The position numbers and the translations under genes were made by a program. Below, piece by piece: positions 21,603 to 31,217 of a stretch of 64,000 bases of DNA. The notes under the pieces were generated by a model. It was not told the origin of the DNA and did not search any database. It worked only from the letters and a program-made list of their open reading frames with translations. Within the stretch, counting starts at the first letter, position 1. Every line of letters begins with the position of its first letter. This DNA is from Halarcobacter sp. (lineage in GTDB: Bacteria; Campylobacterota; Campylobacteria; Campylobacterales; Arcobacteraceae): contig CP182352.1 of NCBI GenBank assembly GCA_048571215.1, positions 736,001-800,000 of the forward strand, in the 5' to 3' direction.

Positions 21603-24600
21603 ATGTCAAAAATTATTTTAAAATTTTTTATAATATCTTTTTTGTTTACATCTCTTTATTCTAAAGAAAAAGTAGTTTTACAACTTAAGTGGTTTCATCA
21701 ATTTCAATTTGCAGGTTATTATGCTGCTAAAGAGAAAGGTTTTTATGATGAACTTGGTTTGGATGTAGAGATAAAACAAAGAGATCTAAAATACAATAAT
21801 GTAGAAGAAGTAATAAAAGGTAAAGCTCAATATGGAATTGCAGATTCTATATTGATACTTTATAAATCACATGGAGAACCGGTAGTTATAGTATCTCCTA
21901 TTTTTCAACATAGTGCTAGTGCTTTAATATCTTTAAAAAGTAGCGGTATTAATTCCCCTTATGATTTAGGTGAAAAAGATGTTCTTTTTTATCCTAATGA
22001 TGTGGATGGTTTTGCAATATTAGCTATGTTTAAAAAGTTAAATTTAAAACCAAATTTGATTCGAGAAAGAGAAAAAAATGATTATTTAAAACTAATAAAC
22101 AAAGAGATTGATGCTATTCCTGTCTATTTAAGTAATGAGCCTTTTTATTTTAAAGAAAAGAACATAGATATCAATATCATCAACCCTTCTAATTATGGTT
22201 TTGACTTTTATGGTGATATTTTATTTACTAGTGAAGATGAGGTAAAAAATCATCCCCAAAGGGTTCAAAAGTTTAAAGAAGCTACTTTAAAGGGCTGGAA
22301 TTATGCTTTAGACCACCAAGAAGAGATTATTCAACTAATACATAATAAATATAATTCTTCAAAGTCACTTGAACATTTGCGTTATGAAGCAAAAGCTATT
22401 GAAAAACTTATTATGCGAGAAATAGTTCCCTTAGGAAGTGTGGATAAGGGTAGGGTTAGATATATTTCTGATTTATATAATGAATATGGTTCAAAGGTAG
22501 AATCATTTAATATAAATGATTTTATATTTGAAGAGTATATTAAAGATAAATCAAATCTAAATTTGACTCAAGAAGAAAAAAAATATTTAGAAAAACATCC
22601 TATATTAAAAGTGCAAAACTTAAGTGCCTTTCCACCTTATAACTTTTATGAAAATAATAAACCTCAAGGCTATACAATAGATTATATGAATTTAATAGCA
22701 AAAATTCTTGGAGTTAAAATAGAGTTTGTTGGACAAAAAAATTGGAAAGAGTTTATTGATATGTTAAAAAGTGGACAACTTGATTTGATACCTCATATTG
22801 CTATTAATAAAGAAAGAAGTAAGTTTATAGATTTTACTAATATTGAGCATCTATCTTATAAACCAAGTTTAGCTGTAAGAAAGGGCTCAAATCTTAAAAC
22901 TTTTAGTGATTTAAAAGATAAAACAATAGCCGTATTAAATAAATCATTTTTGCACACTATTTTAAAAAATAAATACCCTAATCAAAAACTTCTTTTAACA
23001 CCTACTACAAGAGAGGGAGCAGAAGCCGTATCAAGTGGTAAAGCTGATGCTTTTATTGGGAATCTGGCAACCACAGAATATTATATAAAACAACATTGGT
23101 TAAGTAATTTAGAAACAGTACAATTAGATAATGTAAAATATATACCAAAAGAGGCACCTTTATATATGGGAGTTTCAAAGGGGAATACTCTACTTAAATC
23201 GATATTAGAAAAAGCAAATAATGAAATCTCATATAATAAAGTAATAGATTTAAAACAAAAATGGTTAAATTTAAAACCACCAAGTAAAGTTAAGTTTACA
23301 GATGAACAATATAAATATTTAGCAAGTAAGAAAAAACTAAAAATGTGTATAGATCCAAATTGGTTGCCTTTTGAGAAGATAGAAAAAGGGAAACATATAG
23401 GGATGACTGCTGAGTATATTAAACTTTTTAGTAAAGAGTTACCTATTTCTATTGAATTGGTAAAAAGTAAAGACTGGTTGGATACTATCTCTTTGGCAGA
23501 AAACAGAACTTGTGATTTTGTAACTATTATGATGGATAGTAAAAAACGTCGTGAATATTTTAATTTTAGTAAAAATTTAATGAATATGCCTTTAGTTATT
23601 GCAACTAAAATAGATATACCTTTTATAAATGATATTTCTAATGTATTATCTAAAAAATTCACTATTACAAAAGGTTTTGTATATTTAGGTTTATTAAAAA
23701 GTAAATATCCAAATATTAAATTTATAGAAGTTAAAGATGCAAAAGAAGGATTAGAAAAAGTTGATAGGGGTGAAGTTTTTGGCTTCATAGGTGTACTTCC
23801 TGTTGTAGCTTATAATATTCAAGAAAATTTTATTTCAAACCTAAAAATAGCAGGTAAACTAGATACCACAATAGGTTTTTCTATTGCAACAAGAAATGAT
23901 GAACCATTATTAAATGAAATAATGAATAAGCTGATATCAAATATACCTATGGAAAAAAATAAAGAGATTTTAAATAAATGGTTATCAATAAAATATGAAG
24001 AGAGTTTTGATGTAAAACCTTTTCTTTATGTTATATCTATTTTTTCAATTATTATTATAATTATAATGATTAAAAACCGAGCCATTAATAGGCTTAATAA
24101 CAAACTTTCAGAATATCTCGATATTGTTGATAAAAATGTTTTAACTTCCACAACTGATAAAGAGGGGATAATAGTATCTGTTTCTCAAGAATTTTGTGAT
24201 ACAAGTGGCTATACAAAAGAGGAACTTATTGGTAAGAATCATAGAATAATAAGACATGAAGATATGCCAAAAGAGTTATTTATTCAATTATGGGACACTA
24301 TAACAAGTGGAAATACATGGAAGGGTGAAATAAAAAATAAAAAGAAAAATGGAGATTTTTATTGGGTTGATGCAAGCATTTCACCAATATTTGATGAAAA
24401 TAAAAATATTACAGGTTATACTGCAATTAGTCATGATATAAGTGATAAAAAGAAAATTGAGAGTATTTCAATAACAGATGAATTAACAACACTTTACAAT
24501 AGAAGATATTTTAATGAGATTTTTGAAAAAGAGTTAAATAGAGCAAAAAGAGAGGGTAACTATTTTGCATTGATTATTTTAGATGTAGATTTTTTCAAAC

Positions 24601-24974
24601 AATACAATGATTTTTATGGGCATCAAAAAGGTGATTTTGTTCTAAAAAGTTTGGGGAAAAGATTGATTGAGATATGTAAGCGTTCTTCTGACACACCATT
24701 TAGAATAGGGGGAGAAGAGTTTGCTATAATATTTACTCCTAAAAATGAAGAGGATGCTCTAAACTTTGCTAAATTAGTAAATAAAAAAATAGAAGAGTTA
24801 AAAATAGAACATAAATACAATAAAGCAAGTGATTATATAACTGCATCTATTGGATTATATGTAGCTTATGGAGAGAAAATAGAAACATCAGAATCTATTT
24901 ATAATCATGCTGATAGTGCTTTGTATAAAGCAAAAGAGAGTGGAAGAAATAGATTTGTTCTATATGAAAGTTGA
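21603..24974 (+). CDS. Diguanylate cyclase with NMT1/THI5-like + two SBP_bac_3 sensors, PAS and GGDEF
   Basis: LQLKWFHQFQFAGYYAA, two PBPb repeats, TM, PAS (WKGEIKNKKKNG..YWV), RSSD I-site, GGEEF. Confidence 0.9.
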   Translation: MSKIILKFFIISFLFTSLYSKEKVVLQLKWFHQFQFAGYYAAKEKGFYDELGLDVEIKQRDLKYNNVEEVIKGKAQYGIADSILILYKSHGEPVVIVSPIFQHSASALISLKSSGINSPYDLGEKDVLFYPNDVDGFAILAMFKKLNLKPNLIREREKNDYLKLINKEIDAIPVYLSNEPFYFKEKNIDINIINPSNYGFDFYGDILFTSEDEVKNHPQRVQKFKEATLKGWNYALDHQEEIIQLIHNKYNSSKSLEHLRYEAKAIEKLIMREIVPLGSVDKGRVRYISDLYNEYGSKVESFNINDFIFEEYIKDKSNLNLTQEEKKYLEKHPILKVQNLSAFPPYNFYENNKPQGYTIDYMNLIAKILGVKIEFVGQKNWKEFIDMLKSGQLDLIPHIAINKERSKFIDFTNIEHLSYKPSLAVRKGSNLKTFSDLKDKTIAVLNKSFLHTILKNKYPNQKLLLTPTTREGAEAVSSGKADAFIGNLATTEYYIKQHWLSNLETVQLDNVKYIPKEAPLYMGVSKGNTLLKSILEKANNEISYNKVIDLKQKWLNLKPPSKVKFTDEQYKYLASKKKLKMCIDPNWLPFEKIEKGKHIGMTAEYIKLFSKELPISIELVKSKDWLDTISLAENRTCDFVTIMMDSKKRREYFNFSKNLMNMPLVIATKIDIPFINDISNVLSKKFTITKGFVYLGLLKSKYPNIKFIEVKDAKEGLEKVDRGEVFGFIGVLPVVAYNIQENFISNLKIAGKLDTTIGFSIATRNDEPLLNEIMNKLISNIPMEKNKEILNKWLSIKYEESFDVKPFLYVISIFSIIIIIIMIKNRAINRLNNKLSEYLDIVDKNVLTSTTDKEGIIVSVSQEFCDTSGYTKEELIGKNHRIIRHEDMPKELFIQLWDTITSGNTWKGEIKNKKKNGDFYWVDASISPIFDENKNITGYTAISHDISDKKKIESISITDELTTLYNRRYFNEIFEKELNRAKREGNYFALIILDVDFFKQYNDFYGHQKGDFVLKSLGKRLIEICKRSSDTPFRIGGEEFAIIFTPKNEEDALNFAKLVNKKIEELKIEHKYNKASDYITASIGLYVAYGEKIETSESIYNHADSALYKAKESGRNRFVLYES

Positions 24975-24985
24975 GTTTAGATGGA

Positions 24986-25015
24986 TTTAAAAGAGAGTTT
25001 AAACTCTCTTTTAAA
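24986..25015. terminator. Bidirectional terminator (perfect 30-bp palindrome)
   Basis: tttaaaagagagttt|aaactctcttttaaa between convergent DGC and pgm. Confidence 0.7.
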
Positions 25016-26615
25016 ATAAAGATTTAACTATCTCTTGAGCTTCACTTTGGATTGTTTTTAAGTGTTCTTCACTAATAAAACTCTCTGCATAGATTTTATA
25101 AACATCTTCTGTCCCTGATGGTCTAAGGGCACACCAACCATTTTTTGTATTTATTTTCAGTCCACCTATTTTTGCACCATTACTTGCACTTGTAAGAATA
25201 GATTCTATTTTTTCACCTGCAAGGGTATCTGCTTTTATAGCTTCTGGTGTCAAATTTTTCAATATGGCTTTTTGTTCACTATTTGCAGGGGCATCAATTC
25301 TAGCATAGATTGGACTTCCATGTTTTTCTTTTAATGTTTCGTAGTATTCACCTGCATCCATTTTAGTAACTGCTAGGATTTCAGCTGATAAAAGATTTAG
25401 GATGATTCCATCTTTATCTGTACTCCACACACCCCTATCAAATCTTAAGAAACTAGCACCAGCACTCTCTTCTCCCCCAAAGAACACTCTACCATCTATT
25501 AAAGGTTTAACAAACCATTTAAAACCTACAGGGGTTTCTATAACCTCTTTGTTATTGTCTTTTGCAACCCTATCTATCATAGAGCTACTAACTAAGGTCT
25601 TACCAATACCTAAGCCATCAAAATCTCTATTTGCACTAAGATAATCTATGGCAACACTTAGATAGTGGTTTGGATTTAAAAGACCTTTGCTTTTTGTTAC
25701 TATTCCATGTCTATCAAAGTCTGTATCATTTCCGAAAGCTATATCATATTTGTCTTTTAGTTCTATTAGTCCTGCCATTGCAAAAGGGCTTGAGCAATCC
25801 ATTCTTATCTTTCCATCTTTATCACAATGCATAAAAGAAAAAGTAAAGTCAGATGTATCATGAAACACATCAATATCAAGATTATACATTTGTTTAATTG
25901 CATGATAATATTTCATACCACTTCCACCCATAGCATCTGCACCAATTTTTATATTTGCTTTTTTTATAGCATCTATATTGATAACATTTTTTAAATCACT
26001 TACATAAGGGTTTACAAAATCATACTCTTTGATATTTGCACTCTCTAAGGCCTCTTTTAGTTCCACATATTTTACACCATTTAAATCATTTTTTAGATAC
26101 TCATTTGCTTTTTGTTCAATCCAGCTTGTAATGTCAACATCAGCTGGACCTCCATCTAAACCATTGTATTTAAAACCTCCATCACAAGGTGGATTATGTG
26201 AAGGGGTTATTACTATCCCATCACTTCCTTTGTGGTTTAAAATGGCATGGGAAATTACTGGAGTAGGTGTGTATTCAAAATCTTTTGCATAACAAACCTC
26301 AATTTTATTTGCAGCCAATACTTGTAAGGCTGTGTTGTGTGCAGGTATTGATAAAGCATGGGTATCCATACCAATAAAAAGTGTACCTGTAATATTTTTT
26401 TCATTTCTATAATCAACAACTGCTTGTGTAACTGCTAAAATATGAGCTTCATTGAAACTATTTTTTAAAGAAGTTCCCCTATGTCCTGAAGTTCCAAAAC
26501 TAATAAGCTGTTCTTTTTTATTTATATCTGGATAGTTTAAGTAGTACTTACTTACCAAACTTGGTATATTTTCTAAAATATTTTTTGGTGCTAATTTTCC
26601 TGCTAGTTCATTCAT
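25011..26615 (-). CDS. pgm: Phosphoglucomutase
   Basis: FGTSGHRG, TPSHNP, DTDFDR, GEESAG, RPSGTE. Confidence 0.95.
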   Translation of the reverse strand: MNELAGKLAPKNILENIPSLVSKYYLNYPDINKKEQLISFGTSGHRGTSLKNSFNEAHILAVTQAVVDYRNEKNITGTLFIGMDTHALSIPAHNTALQVLAANKIEVCYAKDFEYTPTPVISHAILNHKGSDGIVITPSHNPPCDGGFKYNGLDGGPADVDITSWIEQKANEYLKNDLNGVKYVELKEALESANIKEYDFVNPYVSDLKNVINIDAIKKANIKIGADAMGGSGMKYYHAIKQMYNLDIDVFHDTSDFTFSFMHCDKDGKIRMDCSSPFAMAGLIELKDKYDIAFGNDTDFDRHGIVTKSKGLLNPNHYLSVAIDYLSANRDFDGLGIGKTLVSSSMIDRVAKDNNKEVIETPVGFKWFVKPLIDGRVFFGGEESAGASFLRFDRGVWSTDKDGIILNLLSAEILAVTKMDAGEYYETLKEKHGSPIYARIDAPANSEQKAILKNLTPEAIKADTLAGEKIESILTSASNGAKIGGLKINTKNGWCALRPSGTEDVYKIYAESFISEEHLKTIQSEAQEIVKSLF

Positions 26616-26870
26616 ATCTAATCCCTTTTATTGATATATAAATTATAACAGTATATTTATTAATCTATTTTAGAAAGGGTTTTATTTTGGATAGGAATAA
26701 GTGTTTATTCAAATAATATTGTATATATAAATTACTGATTAAAAAACTTTATACTTACTTAATATTAGATTTTAAAATATATTTATTAAATTAAATTAAT
26801 ATTATATTTTAATAATTTATAATAGTATTTGTAAATAATTAATATATAAAAATATTATTAGGAATTTAAA

Positions 26871-27482
26871 GTGGATAATCATATTTTAAAATTACCATTT
26901 ATTTTTGATAAGAAGAAACTAATAGAAGATTTATCACAAGTAAATGAATCTTTTTTGGTTAAACATCCAAATACTAATTATCCTACACCACTTTTTTCTA
27001 AGATGTCATATATACCAAAAATTTTAGAAAATTTTAAAACAAAAATTGAAGCAGTTAGATTTATGAATCTAAAAGCTAATTCTCAAATAAAAGAGCATTG
27101 CGATAGAGAATCCTATTTAGAAAAGGGGTTTATAAGAATTCATATTCCTATAAGTACTAACGAAAAGGTAAAATTTATACTTGATAGTATAGAAGAAAAG
27201 TTAGAACTAGGATGTTGTTATTATATAAATGCAGATAAACCTCATTGCATTGAAAACCTTGGAACAACGGACAGAATTCATTTACTTATAGATTGTAAAG
27301 TAAATGGTTGGCTTAAACAATTATTTTATAATCAAGGATTTGTAGAAGAGAAATCTCTTTATAATAATCATATCAGTGATGAAAATATAGATGATGTAAT
27401 CAAAAATCTAAAACTTATGAATACTATAGTACCAGATAAATTAATCAAAGATTTTGAAAAGATGAGAGATAGACAATGTTAA
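26871..27482 (+). CDS. Aspartyl/asparaginyl beta-hydroxylase-family Fe(II)/2OG oxygenase
   Basis: RFMNL..NSQIKEHCD (HxD), RIHIPI, PHCIEN distal His, DRIHLLID. Confidence 0.82.
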   Translation: MDNHILKLPFIFDKKKLIEDLSQVNESFLVKHPNTNYPTPLFSKMSYIPKILENFKTKIEAVRFMNLKANSQIKEHCDRESYLEKGFIRIHIPISTNEKVKFILDSIEEKLELGCCYYINADKPHCIENLGTTDRIHLLIDCKVNGWLKQLFYNQGFVEEKSLYNNHISDENIDDVIKNLKLMNTIVPDKLIKDFEKMRDRQC

Positions 27483-27964
27483 AAAACTTAAATAAAAATT
27501 TATTAGTAAAGGTAGAAACAAAAGAAGATGAAAATTTTTTATTTAAATTATTTTCTTCTACAAGAGAAGATGAATTGTCATTTCATAATATTTTACCAAA
27601 AGAGAAAAAGATTTTTTTAATGCAACAATTTAATGCAAGACAAAAAGATTTTAAAATCCGTTATGAAGATGCAAATTTTTTTATTATCAAACATAAGGAA
27701 AAAGATGTTGGAAGAATAGTTTATAAAATAGCACAAAAAATACAACTCATAGATATAGCATTAATATCAAAATCTAGAAATAAAGGTTTTGGCACTTATT
27801 TAATTCAAACTTTGATGAAAAAAGCACTTGAAACAAATCTTGAACTACATCTAAGTGTCGCAACCAATAATCCAAAAGCTTTTAAGTTATATAGAAGTTT
27901 AGGTTTTAAAATTATTTCGCAGGATATGATGTATATACAAATGGCATTTAATAAAAATAGCTAA
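27476..27964 (+). CDS. GNAT N-acetyltransferase
   Basis: DIAL...RNKGFGT acetyl-CoA motif, N.KAFKLYRSLGF; overlaps the upstream gene. Confidence 0.88.
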   Translation: MLKNLNKNLLVKVETKEDENFLFKLFSSTREDELSFHNILPKEKKIFLMQQFNARQKDFKIRYEDANFFIIKHKEKDVGRIVYKIAQKIQLIDIALISKSRNKGFGTYLIQTLMKKALETNLELHLSVATNNPKAFKLYRSLGFKIISQDMMYIQMAFNKNS

Positions 27965-27994
27965 ATCTTCTATTTAAGGTTTAGCTATTTTTAT
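27951..27994 (+). terminator. 15-bp-stem hairpin (terminator or mRNA-stability element)
   Basis: ataaaaatagctaaa ... tttagctatttttat perfect inverted repeat spanning the GNAT stop. Confidence 0.65.
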
Positions 27995-28037
27995 GCTCAT
28001 AGTAAATGTGTATAAAAATTTTTATTAAGGAGATGAT

Positions 28038-28562
28038 ATGGCAGATGCATATATTGGAGAGATAAGGTTATTTGCTGGTAATTATGCACCACGAGATTGG
28101 GCCTTATGCAATGGTAGTTTAGTTGCAGTAGTATATAATGAATCTTTATTTTCACTTTTAGGTACTGCATATGGTGGAGATGGAGTAAATAATTTTGCTC
28201 TTCCAGACTTTAGAGGTAGAGTTCCAATGCATTTTGGAACAGGTGTTGGCTTAACACCAAGAACAATTGGTAGAAAATTTGGTTATGAAATTGTAACTTT
28301 AAGTATTGATGAAATGCCACAACATAATCATAATCTAATGGCACAACCTGTAGATGCACATTTGAATGATCCACAAGATGCTTTTATAGCAAAAAGTTCG
28401 TCAGATTTTTATGATGATAATGCAGAAAAGAATCCCCCAGTTACATTGTCGGATGATGCTTTAATGAACAGCGGTCATAATGAAGCACATTCAAATATTC
28501 AACCATGTTTAGGCTTAAGTTTTATTATATGTTTAAGTGGTGAATATCCAAGTAGAAATTAA
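28038..28562 (+). CDS. Phage tail-collar domain protein 1 (MdpB-like)
   Basis: YIGEIRLFAGNYAPRDWALCNG..LFSLLGTAYGGDG.NNFALPDFRGR; C-terminal YPSRN. Confidence 0.9.
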   Translation: MADAYIGEIRLFAGNYAPRDWALCNGSLVAVVYNESLFSLLGTAYGGDGVNNFALPDFRGRVPMHFGTGVGLTPRTIGRKFGYEIVTLSIDEMPQHNHNLMAQPVDAHLNDPQDAFIAKSSSDFYDDNAEKNPPVTLSDDALMNSGHNEAHSNIQPCLGLSFIICLSGEYPSRN

Positions 28563-28572
28563 AGGAGATATT

Positions 28573-29103
28573 ATGGCAGACGCTTATATAGGGGAGATTA
28601 GATTACTTCCATATACTTATTCACCAAGATATTGGATGAGTTGTTCAGGTCAAACACTTCCTATTTTTGAATATTCAAAGTTATATAGTGTTATTAGTAC
28701 AACATATGGTGGTGATGGGGTAACAACTTTTGCACTTCCTAATTTATCTGGAAAATTACCAATTGGAACAGGGACAGGACCTGGTTTGAGTTCTCGTTAT
28801 CTTGGGCAAGGTGTTGGATCATCATCAGTTCAATTATCAGCTCTTCAGATACCAGAACATAACCATAAAATTGATAAAGTTTTTACCGATAGCCCTGTTC
28901 AAAATACACCAAGTAATTTAATGTATTTGGGGAAAATGAAAAAGAATAATTATTATAAAGAAGCAGTAACTACGGAGGAAGTTTATATGAGTAATAGTGC
29001 AGTTTCTAATACAGGGCAATCTGTAGCTCATGAAAATAGACAGCCTTCTTTGGCTTTGCAATATTGTATTTGCGTAGATGGTATTTATCCATCACGAAAT
29101 TAA
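28573..29103 (+). CDS. Phage tail-collar domain protein 2 (MdpB-like)
   Basis: YIGEIRL..YGGDGVTTFALPNL; YPSRN; AAGGAG RBS fixes start at 28573. Confidence 0.9.
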   Translation: MADAYIGEIRLLPYTYSPRYWMSCSGQTLPIFEYSKLYSVISTTYGGDGVTTFALPNLSGKLPIGTGTGPGLSSRYLGQGVGSSSVQLSALQIPEHNHKIDKVFTDSPVQNTPSNLMYLGKMKKNNYYKEAVTTEEVYMSNSAVSNTGQSVAHENRQPSLALQYCICVDGIYPSRN

Positions 29104-29114
29104 AAGGAGATATT

Positions 29115-29648
29115 ATGGCACAACCATTTATTGGCGAAATAAGAATGATGGGATTTGATTTTAATCCCAGAGATTGGGCTTTATGTGATGGGCAAATTTT
29201 CCCAATACAAAAGAATCCAGCACTTTTTAGTTTGTTAGGAAATACCTTTGGTGGTGATGGTATAAATACTTTTGCATTGCCAGATTTAAGAGGAAGGTCA
29301 CCTTTAGGTATAGGAACTTTTGGTTCTTCTCATTATTCCCAAGCAGATCAATGTGGAGTTGAATTAGTTAAACTTTTAGAAGCTAATCTACCTTGTCATT
29401 CTCATCAAATGTTAGCTACTAATTATGATGGTGATAGTAATAAAGCTATAAATAATAGTTCAATTTTAGCAAAATCAGACTATACAGGGCTTTTATACTC
29501 AAAGGATCCAAGTAGCTTAGTTAATTTGGCTGTAGATTCAGTTAGTATGGAAGGAGGTAATCAATTTCATTACAATATGCAACCTACACAAGTAATTAAT
29601 TTTTGTATTGCTTTAGAAGGACTTTATCCAAGTAGACCTTATATTTAG
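29115..29648 (+). CDS. Phage tail-collar domain protein 3 (MdpB-like)
   Basis: FIGEIRM..WALCDG..FGGDGINTFALPDLRGR; YPSRPYI; AAGGAG RBS fixes start at 29115. Confidence 0.9.
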   Translation: MAQPFIGEIRMMGFDFNPRDWALCDGQIFPIQKNPALFSLLGNTFGGDGINTFALPDLRGRSPLGIGTFGSSHYSQADQCGVELVKLLEANLPCHSHQMLATNYDGDSNKAINNSSILAKSDYTGLLYSKDPSSLVNLAVDSVSMEGGNQFHYNMQPTQVINFCIALEGLYPSRPYI

Positions 29649-29679
29649 AGGGAGAGTTCTCCCTCTAATGGTTTTTTTT
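29645..29679 (+). terminator. Terminator hairpin at convergent junction
   Basis: ttagagggaga-gt-tctccctctaa followed by tggttttttttt. Confidence 0.65.
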
Positions 29680-30424
29680 TATTTAATTCTGATGCATATT
29701 CAAAAAGTTTTAAATCATAATAGTTCTCTTGGTTTATTTGTTTTTTCATGCCATTATTTAATTTATAATGTTGTTTGATAAATTCAATTTTTTTTGTATG
29801 ATTTAATCCTTCTAAAGCATTTCCTTTATATCCAGTGACTCTTTTCTTTTCAAATGATGTAGGAAGATTCATAAGGTTAAAGAGTTTTGGTAAATCTTCA
29901 TCAAGTTTGTGGGTTAAAAGAATAAAGTCACATTTATCAAAAAGTTTTTTTGCTAACTCAAACTTTTCATTATCTGAAAAGTTAAGATTTATAGGCATTA
30001 GTTTTTTTGCATAAAAATTGCATATGAAGTTTCTATTTTTTACTTTATAAGTATTATTATACCAATCTTCAAAATTTTTTTTAATAATATTTTTACTTTT
30101 TTCAAAATTATATATTGAAACAATTTGATCTGCTGGACTTCTCATAATAGCAATATAATAAGGAGTTTTATTTATAAAATGTTTATGTATCCCATAATAT
30201 GTTTTATGACCACTAAGTACTTTAATTTTCTCTTTTTCAGAATTATCACGTTTTTCAAAATCTATACAATTGTTTTCTTTTCTATACTTTTCTCCCCAAT
30301 TTGCTAAATGTATAAATTCTTCATCCCATAGCAGATGCTTTTTGAAATGCCCATTTATTGTTGTTCCTCCAGATTTTCTTAAATGAAAGAAAATAAAAAG
30401 TTTATTGTTATTCAATGATTTCAT
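29645..30424 (-). CDS. Sulfotransferase (Sulfotransfer_2-like)
   Basis: FFHLRKSGGTTI 5'-PSB-like loop; MRSPADQIVSIY 3'-PB-like motif. Confidence 0.75.
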   Translation of the reverse strand: MKSLNNNKLFIFFHLRKSGGTTINGHFKKHLLWDEEFIHLANWGEKYRKENNCIDFEKRDNSEKEKIKVLSGHKTYYGIHKHFINKTPYYIAIMRSPADQIVSIYNFEKSKNIIKKNFEDWYNNTYKVKNRNFICNFYAKKLMPINLNFSDNEKFELAKKLFDKCDFILLTHKLDEDLPKLFNLMNLPTSFEKKRVTGYKGNALEGLNHTKKIEFIKQHYKLNNGMKKQINQENYYDLKLFEYASELNKKKPLEGELSL

Positions 30425-31217
30425 ATTTAAAATAATCCATAAGAGATTTATTTTTTATAAATATTTTATTTATGATTTTTATTTGTTCTTTGCTTAGTTT
30501 ATTAATTTGTTTTTGATTCATATTTGTAAGAGTTTCGTTGTATATACCTTTTACTAGAATTTTTTGTTTTAAGTTTATATCCTTTAGTTCTGGTAAAAAG
30601 TTTTTGATTTTGTTTTCAATTAAATCAGGTGTATCACACATTTGTTCATAGGTAAAAAATATACTGTTATCTTTAAATGTTTCAAGATTGCTTTTTTGAT
30701 ATTCAAAACATTTCATTATATGTTTTGCAGCAATCTCAAAGATATCTTCATTATCTTTACAGTTTTTTAATTTTCTTCTACTGATTCCTTCAACAACAGC
30801 ATAGGGGTTTCTTACCATAAATATAAAATAAGTATTAAAAAAATTTTGTTTGAGTTGATCTACTATTAGTAAAAAAGGTGGAGTTTTAGTAGTGAAAATT
30901 GATGCTATATTTGTTTTTGAAAAAGCTTGAAAATACCAAGCTTTTTTTGTTATTTTCCATGCATAAAGAGATTTATCTAAGAGTATATCTAGACTTTCTT
31001 TACTAGAAGCCCAGATTAAAGGTTTGTTGACTGTTTGGGTTGTTGGACCTTTATATCCATATATCCATTGAGCTTCTCTTTTTAGGTTCCAAGTGTTATT
31101 ACAAGTTTGTAGAATGTTTTCAAAAAAAGTTGATCCACTATTGTTGGGACAAATCAAAAAAAGATGTTTTTCAATTAACTTTTCAAGTTCAAATTGTGCT
31201 GATAGATATTTTTTCAT
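30408..31217 (-). CDS. Sulfotransferase (Sulfotransfer_3-like)
   Basis: CPNNSGSTFF loop, KTP, FIFMVRNPYAV, TYEQMC. Confidence 0.7.
   Translation of the reverse strand: MKKYLSAQFELEKLIEKHLFLICPNNSGSTFFENILQTCNNTWNLKREAQWIYGYKGPTTQTVNKPLIWASSKESLDILLDKSLYAWKITKKAWYFQAFSKTNIASIFTTKTPPFLLIVDQLKQNFFNTYFIFMVRNPYAVVEGISRRKLKNCKDNEDIFEIAAKHIMKCFEYQKSNLETFKDNSIFFTYEQMCDTPDLIENKIKNFLPELKDINLKQKILVKGIYNETLTNMNQKQINKLSKEQIKIINKIFIKNKSLMDYFKYEIIE

Noticed and set aside
23081..23788. 235-aa antisense ORF and other short shadow ORFs (e.g. 582, 3021, 9720, 21045, 56027, 62386)
   Set aside because: Lie opposite or within well-supported genes, with no motifs or RBS; typical antisense artefacts
28560..29120. 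Repeated aaaggagatattatggca as CRISPR or att repeats
   Set aside because: Two copies about 540 bp apart, each being RBS plus start of paralogous genes
28038..29648. Prophage or tailocin
   Set aside because: No capsid, terminase, sheath, tube, baseplate, lysis or integrase genes nearby
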